Counted from the stretch's first letter, positions 23,690 through 37,311 are shown. The stretch: 64,000 bases of DNA from Basidiobolus meristosporus CBS 931.73 (GCA_002104905.1 MCFE01000306.1:34937-98936); one strand, 5' to 3'. Translations and numbers: made by a program. The notes: generated from the letters alone by a model not told the origin.

Positions 23690-24832
23690 TGTACTGTGCC
23701 AGGGCATGCAGCGCAATCCATGGTTGTTAAAAACAATCAAGTGCAATGATGTAGCTACCAGTAGGCAGAATTGTTGTTTGACATTTTTGCACTATGTGGG
23801 ACAATCCTCCATACTATGGTACAATCTGATACAAAGAAGTTACAACAAATGATTGTGCCAACTTGTAGTATTTGCATTGCATGCACACTTGGATACCACA
23901 ATCATGGTAGGTAAAATCTTGTCCTTGAATAAGTTGCTTTGATGTGAATGGAAATAAATGCATATCACAAAATAGACTACACTGATACTTACTAGTTTAG
24001 CTACCATCACCCCACTTGGATGGAATGTCAATCATGGTTGGTCTAAAAGTAACCTGAATCTGTGAGCCCCCAGTTGGTTCATTGACCAATGCACAAGCTC
24101 AAGACCCTGACAGGCAATCCACCCAAGAATATTATGTTGTGTAGAACACTCAATAGACAACACATGTTTTAAGTCACAGCTCATTTGAAGCAGCACTTAT
24201 GCAGTTATATCAAGAACTTTGATCCTTCAGAATTTTCATACATATGACTTCCCCAGCTGAAGAATAAAGGAGAGTCTTTCTTTCCAGAATCCCCACGCTA
24301 CAATTACAAGCTTCAAGGTTATAAGCCCTCCCCTGCATCACTTGCACTGTGATGTATTCTGACTTTGATTGGTACTACATCAGCAAAGAGACTGCAAAGC
24401 TCAAAAGAATCCAATCTAAGTTTTACAGGAAAATTACAATTTTCTGCCAGAAAAGTCCCCTCTAAGAAAACTCTTTACTCAAAAGACACCCCTTTAGACA
24501 TCCCTTCAGTAAACCCCTTTACTCCAAAGAAGCCCCTTTTTGGGTTAAACCAAGTTCCAAATTTCCATATTGGCAAATACTTTCTCCAAAGGAAGTTACT
24601 TCCAGATAAGGAAAAGCTACTATCAGAGTAAATAAGCTCAATAGTAAACAGAAGGTCAGAACACTGCTGTAGAAGTGAGAAACACTGCCTATAGTATATT
24701 TTGAGTATGAGATTGGGGATATTAGTGAACATTTCATCTTCTATCAGTACATCAAGCTCCAAATTAGCTATTTCAGTATTTGAATACTGCAAGTTGTTGT
24801 ATATTATTGATTAGCCTCTACATTGTAGAGCA
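23690..24832 (-). repeat. Repeat family X, copy 2
   Basis: Inverted homolog of 12417-14280 with internal deletions and a shorter CCCCTTTA array. Confidence 0.75.
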
Positions 24833-27800
24833 AATGGAGATATTGGAAGTGATTTTGGAGAATAAGTATATTATATGGTTTTCACTTAATGATTAATTGA
24901 ATATAAATGTAGTATTTCTACTTTTACATAGTCTTGGCTTATTGAACACATAGGATAGGATATGGAAGGTCCCAAGAGCATGTGTGCCAATTTTAGGGCT
25001 GTTTGGGTAACTTTGAGAATTTTCATGTTCTGGGTACCTGGTATTTTGGTGATAATATTCAATGTGAATCCCATCAAGGAGTTTGGTCATTATTTTCCAG
25101 GACTTGAAGGTATTGATCTAAGTGACTTAGTTAGGTGAGCAGTAAGGTGGAACTACAAATTCTTACATCGCTCTTACTCCAGTAAATACTCATACTGACT
25201 AGTTCTAATTTCAACTTAAGATATTCAAACTTGTCTCTAGCTAATGGTTTGGTGAATATGTCTGCAATCAGTTCATCTAAAGAACAGTAAACCAAGCTAA
25301 CTAAGTTATTCTCTATAGCTGCACATATGATATTATGTCTAATATCTATGTGCTTGGTTCTAGCATGAAAAGCTGGATTTCTACCTAATTTAGACATCCT
25401 TCACTATCTTGAAATAAAGTGTTTTTTGACATACACCTATATCTATAAAAAGCTTTCTTAACCACATTGCTGCTTTTGTAGCTTCACAGGCTGTCATATA
25501 CTCTGGTTCTGTAGTCAAAAGTGCTACAGTTGGTTGTGTTCTAGAATTCAATGAAATTGCTCCCTGACAGTAAAGAATGGTGTATTGTAGTGAATCTTCT
25601 GACTTCTAAATTTTGGCCCCAATCAGCATCAGAGTATACCACAAGATCCTGTTCAGAATTCTTATAAGTGGATTTTAAGCAGATATCAGCAGCTCCTTTC
25701 AGATATATAAAATTGTGTATAACTGCTTCAAAATGATCAGAACCATAGTTCTGATTAAGCTGGCTGACAACTCCCACTGAATATGAGAAATCTGGACATG
25801 TTCCAAGCCTGATATACATCCAACTGCCAACCATCAGTTGATAAGGAAAGTCAGGGCTTTCAGATAGCTCCAAGCTCTCATGATTTGGTTGTGTTTTGAC
25901 CAAATTAAGGTTTGTCTCCATTAGCGCAGTTGCTGGTTAACAATCTTCCATCTAGTACTTCTTTAGAATATCTTGCCTATACTTGGATTGACTTAGGGTG
26001 AGAGTGTGGGTGCTTCTATCTATGGAGAACTTTGTTCCTAAGTAGTAACTGAGTTCTCCTAGATTGTACATCTTGAACTCCTTAGATAGTCTGGATTTAG
26101 TCTATTCCAATGTTACTGCGTTATTGGCAGCTATAATATATCACCCACCTAAAGACATAATAGCACTGGATTGACTCTATCTGGCTAATAGTATAGACTA
26201 CAGTCAGCATTACTCCTTTTGAAATTCAAGGATTCAAAATATGAGCCTATCTTGCAATTCCAGGCTCTGGATGATTGTTTGAGACCATATAGAGATTCTT
26301 TAAGCTTGCAGACCAAAAATCAGTTATCTTAATCAGCTAACCCATCAGGCTGGTCCATATACCCATCCTCATCAGGTTCTTCATTCAGAAATGCAGTTTT
26401 TACATTCATTTAATGTATAAAAAACCTGTATTTGGCTGCAATAGCTAATATAATCTGATGGAATTAAACTTGGCTACCAGTGCAAAGGACTCAGTATAGT
26501 CAAGTCCTGTTGTATGAGAGTATACTTTGGCCACAAGTCTTGCTTTGTATCTTTCAATTGCATCATTGGCCTTGCATTTGGTCTCAAAAATCCATCTGCA
26601 TCCAATTGATTTTTGCTATATTGGTAACTTGACCAGGTTCCAAGTTTGATTTTCTATTAGGGCCTGATAATGCTTAGCCATTGTAGATCTTAAAAACTTT
26701 GTCAGTGGGCTACTTAGGGCATCTTTTACAGTCTAGGGCTCATCAGTATGCACTGAATATGCATAGGCTAAGTTTGTACCCTCATTGATAAAGTAAATTT
26801 GGCTATTTCTTGTCCAACTAGATCTCTTGGCATCTGATATTAGAATAATCACTTCTGTGATATTTCTAGGCACTGTTTCAGGCATAATCACAGTTGTAGA
26901 GTCCTTTGGAGTGAAATACCTTGCACTGTTTTGCTCTGATTCAATCCCAACAATTGGTGGACTTGAGATCATATTTTTGCCATCATCAAATGTCATTAGT
27001 GGCGCATATTTGGAATTTTCATCAAACAACACATTCTTGGACTTGTTCAGCTTCTTTGCTTTGGTATTTTGAGTCTGTAAGCCTTACTCACATTGCAGTA
27101 GCCCAAAATTATCCACTTTATACTGTTTGGCCTAAATTTTGGCTTATTTCCCAACAATTTCTTGGCATATACTGTACACCATATATTCTTAGATACTCTG
27201 CACTTGGTCAGTATCCATATCATGCTTCAAGTGGATTACAATCACAAAGTATTCTGTTATAACCCCTATTTTCAAGGTATATAGCTGCAGTAACTGCTTC
27301 CATGCAAATTATAGGATATTGTTGATCAGGGATCATCAATTTTGTCACATCAAGTATTGTTCTGTTTGCATGTTCTGCTACTGCATTTTGCTGTTGGGAA
27401 TCTGGTGCAGTAGTATCTTGCTTTATCCCATGAGTTTTACCCAAGTAGATGTGTTACAAGTCTTGGTATAAGAGTTGTAGAGGAATAGAGAGTTTAGATG
27501 ATATAGTAATCACTAAAACTTGGACTGGTTGTTATTAAGGTTCCAGCTGCTGATATACCTTTTGCTAGATTAATTGCTGACTAATTGAATTTCCTAGCAT
27601 AGGCTTCATTTAATGACTAACGCAACTGATTTGATAGATTACACTAATATACCAATAGGTTAAGCATATGACTAACTGATTTGACTAAAAGCTGATCTAA
27701 CCTAAACATCCAAGCAGTAGATCATAACAGATGAAGAGTTTTGAGTTACATTCTCAACCATTATTAGAGCTATTTTCTTGATTCTTCACCGGTTTCTCTC

Positions 27801-29063
27801 TCCACCATAACTGTAAGCATCCTGAGCTTGGACAGAGCTTCTTTCTTTCTCTGCATTAAGCAGACCCATGTGCATCTTGTATAATCATCAACAAAAGTAA
27901 TTTAATACTTCATCCTACCTATGAATAAATATTGTTTAGGTACACACAGATCTGAGTGAATATTATCTATTTTTTACTTAGTTTTGACTCACCTGGAGCT
28001 TGTGATCAGTTTTCTGGCTTGTTTCCCATATATGCAGGCCTTACAGTGCTCCAAACTAGCTGGGGGAGCAATTTTTACTCCATAAATTAGCTGATCTTTG
28101 ATCATTTTGCTCAAAAAAAAATTGTATGCTCAAAACTCCTGGGCCAAAGCATTAGTGTATCTTCATTTACGTCACTTATGTTGCATTCTAAATATGATGG
28201 AATATAAGTCAACCAGCATAAATTCTCATCTCTGATACTCAAAGCAATATGGGCATCATTTCAATCAGTAATCCTGCATCCAGAACTGTCAAAGCTGTGA
28301 TTGAGTTCTTCCACAGTGTCCTTGCTTACAGATAGTAGGTTCTAGGCTATTTTTGGTACATAGAGTACTTCATAAAAGGTCAGTGTATGGCATCCTTCTC
28401 TACTTCAGAGGCCTACTTGAATAGTTCTTTCTCCCACTGCATCAAGTGTACAAAAGCCACACATGAAAACCTTCTTGATTGGAATTTCTTGATATTACTT
28501 AGAAAGTGCTTTTTGGTGTGTAAAGTATTGAGATGCTCCAGAGTCAATGTACCATGTTTGAGAATTCTTGTTTGTGTTCATGTTTAGTGCACATAGGAAT
28601 AGTCTATCATTTGTTGTTGGGATGTTTATTTCCATATTCAGGCTTTTTCTGCTGGTTATCTCTTGTTTTGAAGCACCAGTCAGATGCGTGTCCTCTCCTT
28701 CTGCATGAGTTGCAAGACAAGTTGCTGTTGCCTTTGTAGTGTCCTGAGTACCTCCTCTGTTGGTTCTCATGCCTTATCAAAGTATTTTCTTTTTCCTTCT
28801 TATTGGGGCTTAATTTTCTTAATTCTTCAACCAGCAGTGTTCCACATATACAATCCAAGGTTGAATATTTGGTTCTGGACTCCAGGGCTGCTACAAAGCA
28901 CTGAAACTCCTCTGTCAGGCTATTCAGAATGGTTACTATTAAACCCCCATCAGTGGTTGGTATGCCCCCTGATTACATCTCTTCCACCAGCAGGGAAATT
29001 CTTTTGATTAGAGTTTTCATTTCTCATCCTAGCCGCATCTTTGTAGTAAGGAATTTTTGTCCA
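24833..29063 (-). mobile_element. Ty1/Copia family A, degenerate, lacking the 5' LTR
   Basis: 3' LTR remnant 24833-25170; RNase H (HARTKHIDIRH), RT (YSDADWG), integrase, protease (WYIDSGAS), zinc knuckle (CNSCRRRGHASDWC) and partial gag. It is clipped by repeat X at both ends. Confidence 0.88.
27452..27729 (-). mobile_element. Ty3/Gypsy solo LTR (internally deleted) with 4-bp TSD GATG, inside Copia-A integrase
   Basis: TGTTACAAG...ATCATAACA; GATG at 27448-27451 and 27730-27733. Confidence 0.88.
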
Positions 29064-29064
29064 A

Positions 29065-30480
29065 GATAAACTACACTGATACTTACCATTTGAGTTACCA
29101 TCACTCCAATTGGAAGTTATCTCAGTGGTTGATTGGATCAAAAGTATCCTAAAGCTGTTGGCACCCAATTGGCTCTTTGACCAGTATACAAGCTATCTGA
29201 TTTGTCATCAAATACTTCATTTTGCCCATTAAACAAGTAAATCCCTGATCCTAGAGATTGGAAAAGGTGTTGTAGCTAACATGCAACCAATTGTATAGGT
29301 GTGAGTCAGATCAAATGGCTGCACTGGTGACACAGATGATGTATATGTATGCAGGGTGTTTATTTATTGGGGTCCTGCCTCAGATGTGTGATGACCTCAA
29401 ATATTGCTTATATTGAAAATTTAGTGATCACTGATTTGCAATTGCTTGATGTGGATCCCAAAAAAAATGTGTTGTTTAGATCATGACAAATAATAGCAAT
29501 TGAACGCAATCACATCATCTTCTCCTGGGTTTTTTTTCTTGCAGGGATTACTATTGAAGCATTTGGTAGTGATTCACTTTGCACACCAAAACTACTTTCT
29601 TGTTGACTATCCACTTGGCTACTTTTGCATTTGTAGTCAGCATTTTGCCTCCTAGTTGATGAGTGCAATGCTGCAGCTTGGCCACACTGAATCACTCCGG
29701 ATGATGCAACTGAGCAAGCCTGCAGTGCTACATGCTGATGTGTTCTTTTACTTACCAATGGCTCTGATGGTGGAGGTGCTTCATGTGGGTCATCATAAGT
29801 CAGTTCACCAGAATAAGCTTGCTGATGGTCAGGTGTAATGTCATGTGCAGACATGGTTCTTGGCTGAGTTTGATGTGATGCTGCTTGTTGATGCAACTTG
29901 GCCTGCTCCAATAGACTCATGGCTTTTTGAGCAGTTTGGTGAGTTCTGGTAGTTTTGCTCTGAAGCGCAAGCATTGACCCAACATGCATTGACTTGATGA
30001 GTGGTGCTCTTGTGAAGGGTGTTGGCATAGTTTGGACTGATGTGCACTGGTGTGCTGAAGTTGCAAGGGGTGGTAAGGAATCCAGCAAGGCATGCTGATG
30101 CTACCTATACACTGTTGCTTGCGGTCTGTATTCTTCCTCTTGAAGCTCACCTTCTGATTCCTCAAGGTATTCACTTACCCTCTGTCTGATACTTTGAAAT
30201 GTTGCCTGGATGAGTCCTGTGTATATTGCTCTTGGAAGCCACTTAGCTCTACTAATATATCAAGTAATACATTAGTCATTTGGGGCAAAAACTCATTCAT
30301 AATCTCTTTAGTTCCCAAAGTCAAGGCCCAAACAGATGCATCTGGCCTAAATTGTGAGCTGGGGGATGGGGTTTGTCTGGGTTGTACTAAAGATGAGCTG
30401 ACACTTCATATAGGAACCATATTGATGGATTTGGATACTCATACAGTAGTGTATTGGCATCAACCTTGTCTTGTATGAAA
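29065..30480 (-). repeat. Repeat family X, copy 3, continuous with a degenerate minus-strand coding region (ORF pieces 29510-30088, 29917-30174)
   Basis: 29065-29590 is homologous to 13470-13975. The upstream part is Q/S/A/H-rich coding-like sequence with no recognisable domain. Confidence 0.5.
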
Positions 30481-30779
30481 TATATATGAAAACTAATGTG
30501 ATTGTTGAATTTTCCATATATTATTCATGATGCATCTTGGATTGCATTGACACAAATCATATCATTTCAATTGCAGATTTCCTATTTGATTATAGACTTA
30601 TGAGTAATACATCAACAAGTATATTAAGTCATTGCTTGAGGATGATTTTTGCAACATAATGATGGGATACATGGCAATTGATTTAGATTTAATCATAATG
30701 CATGGAAAATCAGTAAAATCAAGCTGAGAGTGCCAAATCAATTCATATCACCTCAGCCCAATCACCTACCATATTTAGT

Positions 30780-31662
30780 ATGACTTACTCATCTGTATGG
30801 TCTTTTCTCATCAATGCCATCACTACTACTAGATTTCCTTTTGACACACTAGAGGAGACTATACCAAGTACTGTGGACCATCTACTTCAATCTACTCAAG
30901 GAGATCCCTTGTTTAGCTTTTCTGCTATTGCAAGAACTATTGCCCTACAAGGCCTTGTCCCTCCATCCATGGCAACAAAAGTCCTAGAAGCTTTCATTCC
31001 CAGCTGACAGCAATGGAGAACATATATATATATGTATGAATGACTCAGAGCAAGCTTGGAGTACTAGGTTCAGAAGCTCCAATAGACCTCCATATTGCAG
31101 AGTTTTCAGCAACATATTCCATATAAGGAGTATTTTGGATACCTTCCCAGTCAGGATTAACAGACCTTCCAGAGGGCAGAGGCACTTTTATTTTAGCACG
31201 TACAAGGCATACTATGTGAAGTTTCAGGCACTGTCTGACATTCAGGGTTACATTATCTGGTTTAGTGGGCCATTTGCTGGAAGTAGGCATGACAAAGCAC
31301 TCTGCGTAGAGAATCATCCAGAATTCAGTAGATTGAAGAAATGTATGGCAGACTTAGCTTATATAGGAGAGGATTTTCAGAGATTAGGATGTACTACAGC
31401 TTGTAGGAAGCCTAGGAATGGTGTGCTTAGCAGGAAGCAGAAGCTCTACAATGAGATATTTAATCATTACAGAGTGAGGGTGGTGCATACATTTGGATAT
31501 CTAAACAGATTCAGCATATTGGCAGGTAAATACAGAGGAAAGTCATATATAGGAGAAATCAGCAGAATAGGTACAATAGTAGAAATACTTATCAATGCAC
31601 AGTACATTCATACAAGAAGACATCCACTGAGAGAAATGTGCCTGGGGCATTATGAAAAGTAA
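30780..31662 (+). pseudogene. DDE_Tnp_4 (PIF/Harbinger/ISL2EU, IS5-like) transposase, probably inactive
   Basis: 208-aa ORF 31036-31662: ILDTFPVRINRP, VKFQ.L.D..G.I.W.SGPF.GS.HD, ADLAY.G, RKPRNG.LS..QK.YN, R.RVVH.FG.L.RF.IL...YRG. The expected catalytic E (VEH) reads V. Confidence 0.8.
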
Positions 31663-31690
31663 ATAAAGCAAGGATAGCACTATTCTGAGC

Positions 31691-32038
31691 TGTTGAAATA
31701 TTAGACAGATATATTGGAAGTGAATTGGAGAATTAGAAGATTTACATGATATTCACTTGATGTTTATTGAGTTGCAACACAGTATTTATACTTATTGCAG
31801 AAATACGTAGATGTGACTATTTGGTCATTATTAGGGGAGTCTCAGGAGTACATGTGCCAAGTTTTAGCACATTTGTACATGTTTCAGATTTTCCTAAAAT
31901 TCTGTACTTCTCTAATTCCTAATAATCAGTAAATATCTTACAAACTAGTTTCCATGTTGATAATCTGAAATATATCATTTCACTAAGTGCTAGTTCATAA
32001 TATATTAATAATTAGGTGGACTCCTAATTACTTCAACA
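31691..32038 (-). mobile_element. Ty1/Copia family C solo LTR (348 bp) with 5-bp TSD TGAGC
   Basis: TGTTG...CAACA; TGAGC at 31686-31690 and 32039-32043. It is the reverse complement of the LTR ending at 55529. Confidence 0.85.
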
Positions 32039-32629
32039 TGAGCAACATAAGTAAGATTGAGTAAAATTACCAGTAACTATATCCTGCCACTGGCATTGTG
32101 GTAAAATTATAGTGCCAGATGGTGCCATAGAGTGTCAGATCAATCCAGCACTGTAAATAGGCTGGCACTATGTGGCCTTATCCAATGGAGCAAGTCTTTT
32201 ATGTCATTTTTACTCATCAGTGCTCTGGTATGAGCTGACCATCTACTGGCTAATATTGGTGGAGGTAATGTCACAATGGCTGCTTGCAAGTCTTAAACCA
32301 AAGTTACTACATTTGCTACAGTTGCATTTGCCTAAGCTTTATAGTAAGCTTGCGGCTCCATAGATATTCTCAATTACCTACTTAACTGAGAGCCTGAAGA
32401 TTTCACATTATCACCTTGAGTGGGCACACTGCCAACATGCCCTTCTTTTGGATGTGGCCCCATTTGTTGCATTGAGTGTCAAAGTAGGCTGTTGTCAAAC
32501 CATTCTAATGCTGCTACCAGTGGTTAGCTTGATGGCCAACCAGGCAACTTTCTGTTATTTTTTTGCAGCATATATAGGAAGTGAGTTAAACCAAAGGGGT
32601 AAATATGTTACATGCATGTGTGTATATAG

Positions 32630-35600
32630 TGTTGTAAGAGTCTTGGAGATATTGGAAGTAATTGGGAGAACAAGTAGATAATGTGGTTTTCACTTAATGA
32701 TTTATTGAATGTAAAAGTAGTATTTATACTTTTACCTGGTCTTGGCATTACAAACACGTAGAATAGGTTAAGGAAGGTCCTAGGAACATGTACGCAAATT
32801 CTGGGGCTGTTTGGACAACTTTGAGAATTTTCATGTTCTGGGTACCAGGTATTTTGGTGAAAATATTCTAAGTAAATCCCAACAAGGAATTTGGTCAGTA
32901 TTCTCTAGGATTTGGGGGTATTGATCTAAGTGACTAAGTTAGGTGAATATTTAGGTGGAATTACAAATTGTTACAACACTCCCACTCAGCTAAATGTTCA
33001 TACTGACTAGTCCTAATTTTGACCTAAGATATTCAAACTTGTCTCTAGCTAATGGTTTGGTAAATATGTCTGCAATCATTTTGTCTGTAGGACAGTAAAC
33101 TAAGCAAACTAAGTTATTCTCTATAGCTTCATGTATGAAATGATGTCTAATATCTATGTGCTTGGTTCTAGCATGAAAAGTTGGATTTCTACCTAATTGT
33201 ATACATCCTTGATCATCTTGAAATAAAGTAATAAGTGTTTTTTGACATAGGCCTAAATCTGTAAAAAGCTTTTTTAACCACATTGCTTCTTTTGTAGCTT
33301 CACAGGCTGCCATATACTCTGCCTCTGTGGTGGAAAGTGCTACGGTTTGTTGCTTTCTTGAATTCCATTAAATTGCTCCTTTACAGTAAAGAAAGGTGTA
33401 TCCTGTGGTGGATCCTCTGTCTTCTAAATTTTGTCCCCAATCAGCATCAGAGTATCCCACAAGATCCTGTTCTGAATCCTTATAAGTGTATCTTAAGCAA
33501 ATATCAACAGTTCCTTTTAGGTATCTAAAAATCCGCTTAACTGCTGGAATATGATCATATCCATAGTGCTGATTATACTGGCTGACAACTCCCACTGAAT
33601 ATGAGATATCTGGTTGTGTTCCAAGTATGATATACATCATACTGCTGACCATAGATTGATAAGGAAAGTCAGGGCTGTCAGATGGCACCAAGTTCTCTTG
33701 ATTTGGTTGAGTTTTGACCAAGTTAAGGTTTGTCTCCATTGGCATAGCTGCCGGGTTTACAGTCTTCCGTTTGGTACTTCTTTAGTATATCTTGAATATA
33801 TTTGGATTGGCTTAGGGTGATAGTCTGGGTACTTCTGTCTATGGTGAACTTAATCCCTAAGTAGTATTAAGCTCTCCTAGATTGGATATATTGAACTCCT
33901 TATATAGGCTGGATTTAGTCTCTTCCAATGTATCTAGGTTATTGGTGGCTATAATAAGATCATCCACATATAGAGCTAATAGAACTGGATTTGCTCTATC
34001 TGGCTTATAGTATATACTATAGTCAGCATTACTCCATTTGAAACTCAAAGATTCCAAGTAAGAATATATCTTGCAATTCCAGGCGCTTAGTGATTGTTTG
34101 AGACCATACAGTGACTTTTTAAGCATACAGACCAAATGGGGGTTATCTTGGTCAACAAACCCATCAGGCTGGCCCATATACATGTCCTCATCAAGTTCTC
34201 CATTCAAAAATGCAGTTTTTACATCCATTTGATGAATAAAAAACTTATATTTAGCTGCAATAGCCAAAATTAATCTGATGGAATTAAACTTGGCTACCAG
34301 TGCAAAGGTCTCAGTATAGTCAAGTCCTTTTGTTTGAGAGTATCCCTTGGCTACAAGTCTTGCTTTGTATCTCTCAATTGTACCATCAGCCTTGTATTTT
34401 GTCTTGAAGACCCATCTGCATCCAGTTGATTTTTGGTTGATTGGTAATTTGACTAAGTCCCAAGTTTGATTTACCATCAGGGACTGATATTCCTCAGTCA
34501 TTGCAGATCTCCAAAATTTTGTCTGAGAGCTATTTAGGGCCTCTTTTACAGTCTGGGGCTCATGAATATGGACTGAATAGGCATAGGCTAAGTTTGTACC
34601 CTCATTGATATAGTAATTTGGGCTATTACTTGTCTGATTGGATCTCCGGGCATTTGATACTGGAATGATCACTTCTGGGATATTCCTGGGCACTGATTCT
34701 GGCTGAACCATGGTTTTAGAGTCCTCTGGAGTGAAAAAATTTTCATTGTTTTGCTCTGATTCAATCCTGACAATTGGTGGACTTGAGATCAAATTTTTGT
34801 CATCATCTAATGTCATTTTTTGTAAACATTTTTCATTTTCATCAAACAACACATCTCTGGACTTGATCAGCTTCTTTGCTTTGGTATTGTAGAGTCTGTA
34901 TGCCTTACTCTCACTGCAGTAGCCCAAAAATATCCTTTTTACACTTTTTGGCTTAAATTTTGACTGATTTCCGGTCAGTTTTTTGGCATATGCTGTACAC
35001 CCAAATATTCTCAGATGTTCTGCACTTGGTCTGTATCCATACCATGCTTCAAATGGAGTAGAATCACAAAGTATTCTGCTATAACTCCTATTTTTAAGGT
35101 ATACAGCAGTGGCAACTGATTCTGCCCAAAAATCATAGGATGATTTTTGATCATTGATCATAGATCTTGCCATATCAATTATTGATCTGTTAGCTTGTTC
35201 TGCTACTCCATTTTGCTGTGGGGAGTATGGTACAGTAGTCTCTTGCTTTATCCCATGAATTTTGCAGAAGTGGATGAAGTATTTTGAGGTATATTGTCCA
35301 CCATTGTCAGAGCATATTTTCTTAATTTTTTCACCATTTTCTCTCTCCACCATGGCTTTAAACTCCCTGAGCTTAGACAGAGCTTCTTCCTTTCTCTCCA
35401 TGAAGTAGACCCATGTGTATCTTGTATAATCATCAATAAAAGTGATTAAATACTTCATCCCACCTAAGGATAAATTTTGCATAGGTACATGCAGATCTGA
35501 GTGAATAATATCTATTTTTTTCTTAGTTTTGAGTAACCCGGTGCTCTTGAAAGGTTGTCTGGCTGGATTCCCATATATGCAGGCTTCACAGTGCTTCAAA

Positions 35601-37311
35601 TTAGCTGGGGGATCAATCTTCACTCCAGAAATTAGCTGATCTTTGATCATTTTGCTCAAAAAAAATAATATTGTATGCTCAAAATTCCTGGGCCAAAGCA
35701 TTAGTGTATCTTCATTTAAGTTACTTATGTTGCCTTCTAAATAAGATGGAATATAAGTCAATCGGCATAAATTCTCATTTCTGATACCCAAAGCAATATG
35801 GGCATCATTTCAATCAGTAATCCTGCATCCAGAATTGTCAAAGCTGTGATTGAGTTCTTCCACAGTGTCCTTGCTTACAGATAGTAGGTTCTAGGCTACT
35901 TTTGGTACATAAAGTACTTCATAAAAGGTCAGTGTATGGCATCCTTCTCTACTTCAAAGGCCTACTTGAATAGTTCTTTCTCCAACTGCATCAAGTGTAC
36001 AAAAGCCACCCATGAAAACCTTCTTGATTGGAATTTCTTGATATTACTTAGAAAGTGCTTTTTGGTGTGTAAAGTGTTGAGAAGCTTCAGAGTCAATATA
36101 CTACAACTGAGAGTCCTTGTTTGTGGTCATATTTAGTGCAGATATGAATAGTCTATCTTCAGTTGTTGCAGTATTTCCCTATTTAGGCTTCTTTTGCTGA
36201 TAATATCTCTTTTTGAGACACTGGTCTGATGAGTGTCCTTTCCTTTTGCAGTAGTTGCAAAATAGGTTGCTGTTGCCTTTGTAGGGTCTTGGGTACCTCC
36301 TTTGTTGGTTATCATTCCTTATTAAAGCATTTTCTTCCTTCTTATTAGCGCTTGATTTTCTTAATTCTTCATCCAGGAGCCTTCCATATACATATTTTAA
36401 GGTCAAATCTTCAGCTCTGGACTTTAGGGCTGATACAAGGTCCTGAAACTTGTCTGTCAGGCTATTCAGGATGGTAACTATCACATCCTCATCAGTAGTT
36501 GGTACGCCCACAGATTCCATCTCATCTGCCAGCAGGGTAATTCTGTTAATTAGATTTTTCATTTCTTCTCCTGGCAGCATCTTTGTAGTAAAAATTTTTT
36601 GTCTCAGATATATTTTCTTGGCAGCTGAACATGACTGGTAGGTGTCTTCTAATGCTTTCCAGGCATTCTTTGCCATTTTTGCTCTTGAGCATTGAAGTAG
36701 CAACTTGTCCTTGACATTAAGGCTAATGCAGTTAAAGGCACTTTGTTCTTTCTTCTGATACTTTAAGGCTTCCTCTCCCACGTTTTTAGGAGGGCATTCT
36801 TCTCCCATGACAGTATCCCAAAGGCCTCTTTCTTGTAGCAGCATCTTCATCTTCACCTTCCACACTTGGTAGTTAGATCCATCCAACTTTTCAGCAGAGG
36901 GGAAAATTCCAGTAATAGCAGTAGTAAACATTGCAGAGAGTGACAGCTTGGGGCTCATAACCTGTTGTAAGAGTCTTGGAAATATTGGAAGTGATTGGGA
37001 GAACAAGTAGATAATGTGGTTTTCACTTAATGATTTATTGAATGTAAAAGTTGTATTTATACTTTTACCTGGTCTTGGCATCAGAAACACAAAGAATAGA
37101 TTAAGAAAGGTCCTAAGAGCATGTATGCAAATTCTGGGGCTGTTTGGACAACTTTGAGAATTTTCATGTTCTGGGTACCTGGTATTTTGGTGAAAATATT
37201 CTAAGTAAATCCCAACAAGGAATTTGGTTGGTATTCTCCAGAATTTGAGGGTAATGATCTAAGTGACTAAGTTAGGTGAATATTTAGGTGGAACTACAAG
37301 TTTTTACAACA
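32630..37311 (-). mobile_element. Full-length Ty1/Copia family A element (4682 bp), 349-bp LTRs, TSD TATAG
   Basis: LTRs 32630-32978 and 36963-37311 (~22 differences by hand count); PBS 36951-36962; PPT next to 32978. Order is gag (36179-), protease, integrase-RT (33857-35791), RNase H (32990-33313); several stops and frameshifts. Confidence 0.96.

Noticed and set aside
36963-37090. Gag ORF apparently starting inside the 5' LTR (also at 10755)
   Set aside because: The upstream ATG lies 5' of the LTR TATAAAT (37055-37061) and so is unlikely to be transcribed; the frame is broken in the 11369 copy. The real start is probably at or after the PBS.
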